Source: Chrysomallon squamiferum (lineage: Eukaryota; Animalia; Mollusca). From it: 64,000 nucleotides of DNA. Positions 61,101 to 64,000 of the stretch are shown here, one piece after another. The stretch is taken from NCBI GenBank assembly GCA_012295275.1, contig CM022670.1, positions 39,866,001 to 39,930,000 on the forward strand, read 5' to 3'. A program made the translations under genes and the position numbers. The notes beneath the pieces were generated by a model. That model was not told the DNA's origin. It did not search any database and saw only the letters and a program-made list of their open reading frames with translations. Each line of letters starts with the position of its first letter. Position 1 is the stretch's first letter.

Positions 61101-63412
61101 GGAGACTAACCATAGAGATTGAAGTTTGGTGACACTGTGCTGTCAGCCAGAGTGAAGAGAATTAGACCAAAACTCATACACAGACAAGCAGAAATATCTA
61201 TCACAGTAAACTTCTTTCCTGTAAAAATATTTAAAAAACATAAAATAAAATAAAATAAATAAAAATATCTATATATCTATATATATATTTAAAAATAATA
61301 ATTCAGTTAATAAGTTAAAATGCATGCAAACATCCATACAGAAATATCTATGAAGGTAAACTAATTTCCTTGATAAATATTAAAACAAATAAATGATATA
61401 TTTAAAAAAAATAAAAATTAACATAAAATGCATGAAATTCAAACAAACTGAAAATAAGAAAAAAAACAACGTCCTTCAGGAAAATTAAACTTCCTCACTC
61501 ATTTTCTACATGTATTTTGAAGAGAATAACACACACACATCTTTACTCATTAGTAAGTAAATGCTCTGTATTCTGTTTACCTTGTATAAGTATTCCACCA
61601 ATAAGGACAGGTATAAGTTTACAACATTTAAATATGACCTGGGTCGGGTAGTTGAGATATCCTACAGATGTGTTTGATAAACCCATCGTAGCCACAGTCA
61701 AAAAAGCCAACACTCCGTAAGATTTTAATGGTATCCTGTAAATAACAAAGGAAATTAAATCCCCAAACTTGCTTGTGTTCATAAAATCAGATCTTCTGAA
61801 TTTCTGAAAAGAAAATCTTAAATTCTGAATTAAAATTGAGCACCCATTGTTGTTATTATTAATATTTTTAAAAATTCCTCCCCAGGTAATAAAACTGGAC
61901 ATCCTAAACCTCCTGGGGCAGGTCCAGGTTTTCTGATGGGGGTGGGGTCCATGACAAAAAGGACACCTTAACATTATGAAATAACACTACTGAAAAATTA
62001 CACATGGTTCACATGGACCATAATATCACAGTGCTACAACAGGGATGCTTGTAGATGTATTCTACAGTGTTCTAAACATTGACAGAAAATGACAATATTT
62101 TGTAATAAAAAAACAAAAAAATCCTAAATGAAAGGGGCACTTCTCAAATTTGCAGGGTGGTCCAGATACCTTGGACCCCCCCTCTAGATCTACCCCAGAC
62201 CTATTATGTTTTATTTTTTATTTAAAAAAAAAAATAATAAAATGCAAAAGATGAAGTAAAATGAAAGGTAGAATACTCCAGTTAGTTATTTCGTATTCAA
62301 TGCCACTTGAATACTGTCAACAAAGTCAATGCTATTAGAGTTTTAGTCTATCAGAAAGTATAGATATGTTAAAATTCTTTGCTACATATAAATATGACCA
62401 GATATATGAATAACAGTCTTCCTTTTATAAATATTTTCATCAAATACGAGCAACTGACTTTCTAGTTCTGTCTTCTTTGAAGTGCAGCTCTGTGAGTCCA
62501 AACAATGTGTAGCAGGCAAACTGTATCAGAGTTAAATACCAGCCAAACGGTCGGAAACCATCAAGTCTAAATATTAATTCCTAGAAGAAAACAAACAAAA
62601 ACTCCTGTGTTTTAATATATAAGCAATGAAAAAAAACAGTCTAGAAATTTATAAAACTTCATTCAGCCAATAGTATGAATGTAACTGCAACTCATGTACA
62701 TACATGTTTTATATCAATTCATATTTTTTTGATTAAAATTAAATTTATTTCATCCCAAAAGTTATGTGGCACTGTTTTCTGAAATTTGTAATCTTTCTTT
62801 TTAGTGAACTGTCACATTCCAAAGAAAATGGGCTCTGTATAGATTTGCCTCAGTAATAGTTTTTAAGGAAAACCAGTTCCTGAATGATTAAATATCAAAC
62901 AAATTACTTTAGAATAATTTTGTATTTATTTATTTTTTTATTTTTAAAATTACCATAGTAAAAGTAACAAAACTCATTCTTTATGTTCATCTTCATAATG
63001 AATGCTTATTTTTTTTAGTTTTTAAAATTAAATCAATTTTTATTTTTTTAATACATTTTTTTTCTATTTACAGTTTATTATACCATGCATATGTTATGTA
63101 ACAACCTAAAATTTATTGTTTTAAACTTACTAAGTCAATAAATTATAATAACATTTCTAAAGAATAAGTTAAAAAATTTAATTTTTAAATTACCTGCATA
63201 TATCCATAAATAAGATAAAAAAAGAAAGTTGCTATGGTGAGTAATATGAACTGTGTTGATCGAGGTATTCTAGACAAATCAAAACCTAACATGAAAATTT
63301 GTTCTTTCTTTTGTGATAGGAAATCACTGGCTGTTTCCATCATAAGTTTGGTGCTGTCTAGAATAAGAGGTGCCTTTGGTCTTCGACCTGATGTTTGTGA
63401 AGGTTTATACAT
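58192..63412 (-). CDS. SLC35B3: Adenosine 3'-phospho 5'-phosphosulfate transporter 2 (PAPST2), spliced, 9 coding exons, 374 aa
   Basis: Exons (minus): 63412-63194, 62580-62459, 61735-61581, 61218-61111, 60596-60499, 59989-59897, 59433-59322, 58923-58854, 58339-58192 (1125 nt incl. TAA). Family peptides: FFYLIYGYMQELIF, GWYLTLIQF, ATMGLSNTSVGYLNYPTQVIFKCCKLIPVLIGG, ALCADGAIGNVQEK, NSEMVLYSY, FGALVAVTVTTCRKAVTIILSFMFFSKPFT. The exact start Met is uncertain (63412 versus 63343/63340). Confidence 0.95.
59600..59854 (+). mobile_element. MITE-like non-autonomous DNA element, copy 1
   Basis: Imperfect terminal inverted repeats CTGAGGCAGATCTA...TGGATCGCCCCAG. Both subterminal blocks match the reverse complement of 61913-62198. 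Confidence 0.7.
61913..62198 (-). mobile_element. MITE-like non-autonomous DNA element, copy 2 (inverted relative to copy 1)
   Basis: Terminal inverted repeats CTGGGGCAGGTCCAG...CTAGATCTACCCCAG. Its reverse complement shares CAAATTTGA[G/A]AAGTGCCCCTTT.ATTTAG and TTTTTGTCATG..CATCAGAAAA with copy 1. Confidence 0.72.
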
Positions 63413-63878
63413 GATAGTAATGCTTGGTTTTTAATCAAATCATTGTCAAACGACATCTGAAAAAAAAAAAAAAAATAATAATAATATTAAATAATAATAA
63501 ATAATAAAAATAATAAATAAAACAATGAATAAAACAATAATAAATAAATAAATAAATAAATAAATAATCTATAACAAATAAGTACTTTACATTTTAATTT
63601 ATTCTTCTTATTTAATGATTTTATTTATTTATATTTATTTATTATACATCCAACAATAAATAACAATATCGGATATCCCCAATATGTTTTTAAAAATTCT
63701 GTAGTACAATCAGTAGTTCTTTTTACACAAATATGTATTACAATTTATAGGCTTTCGATCTTTTGAATTCTGCCTACTCTTGAAAGTAATATCTTTATCC
63801 GATTCTGTATTATTTTCGATTTGTCATTATTGATCAAAGAAAGCGTTTGTTAATAACAAAACAAATTTATCCACGTAC

Positions 63879-63960
63879 CAAGTCAATAAACAACTTTCTG
63901 CTTTCGTGTTTTGGTGTCGGAACCTATCGGATGGTTTCGACTTTCGCCGGCTGTATTTTC
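63879..63960 (-). promoter_or_regulatory. Probable non-coding first exon / promoter-proximal region of SLC35B3
   Basis: CpG-rich patch ending at a minus-strand TG|GTACGT donor (63878). The next exon has a polypyrimidine CAG acceptor at 63457. The upper boundary is approximate. Confidence 0.55.
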
Positions 63961-64000
63961 GTATATAAACTTGTACTAGTCTAAATGTCATTGTATGCCC

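Overview
Very AT-rich, microsatellite-rich animal genomic DNA, not prokaryotic. It looks invertebrate and possibly molluscan, but the taxon cannot be fixed from the sequence alone. Almost all ORFs in the supplied track are spurious or exon fragments. Manual GT-AG splicing with phase checks gives four multi-exon genes: KAT14/CSRP2BP (ATAC-complex GNAT acetyltransferase, minus, 17 coding exons, 762 aa), head-to-head with the NRBP/Madm pseudokinase (plus, 14 exons, 498 aa); a TTC39A/B-like TPR protein (plus, two alternative N-termini); and the PAPS transporter SLC35B3/PAPST2 (minus, 9 coding exons, 374 aa), convergent with TTC39. Gene identities rest on recalled family motifs, not database searches. 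I see no clear wholly new system. The best leads are: repeated tandem duplications at or across 3' splice sites, including a 4x duplicated TTC39 exon start; an apparently missing conserved TTC39 exon that an alternative donor can bypass in frame; a FFAT-like motif present in only one TTC39 N-terminus; a candidate NRBP microexon; a ~400-bp copy of NRBP downstream sequence sitting in a (TG)n tract; an inverted MITE pair bracketing four SLC35B3 exons; and an overlapping uORF in SLC35B3.
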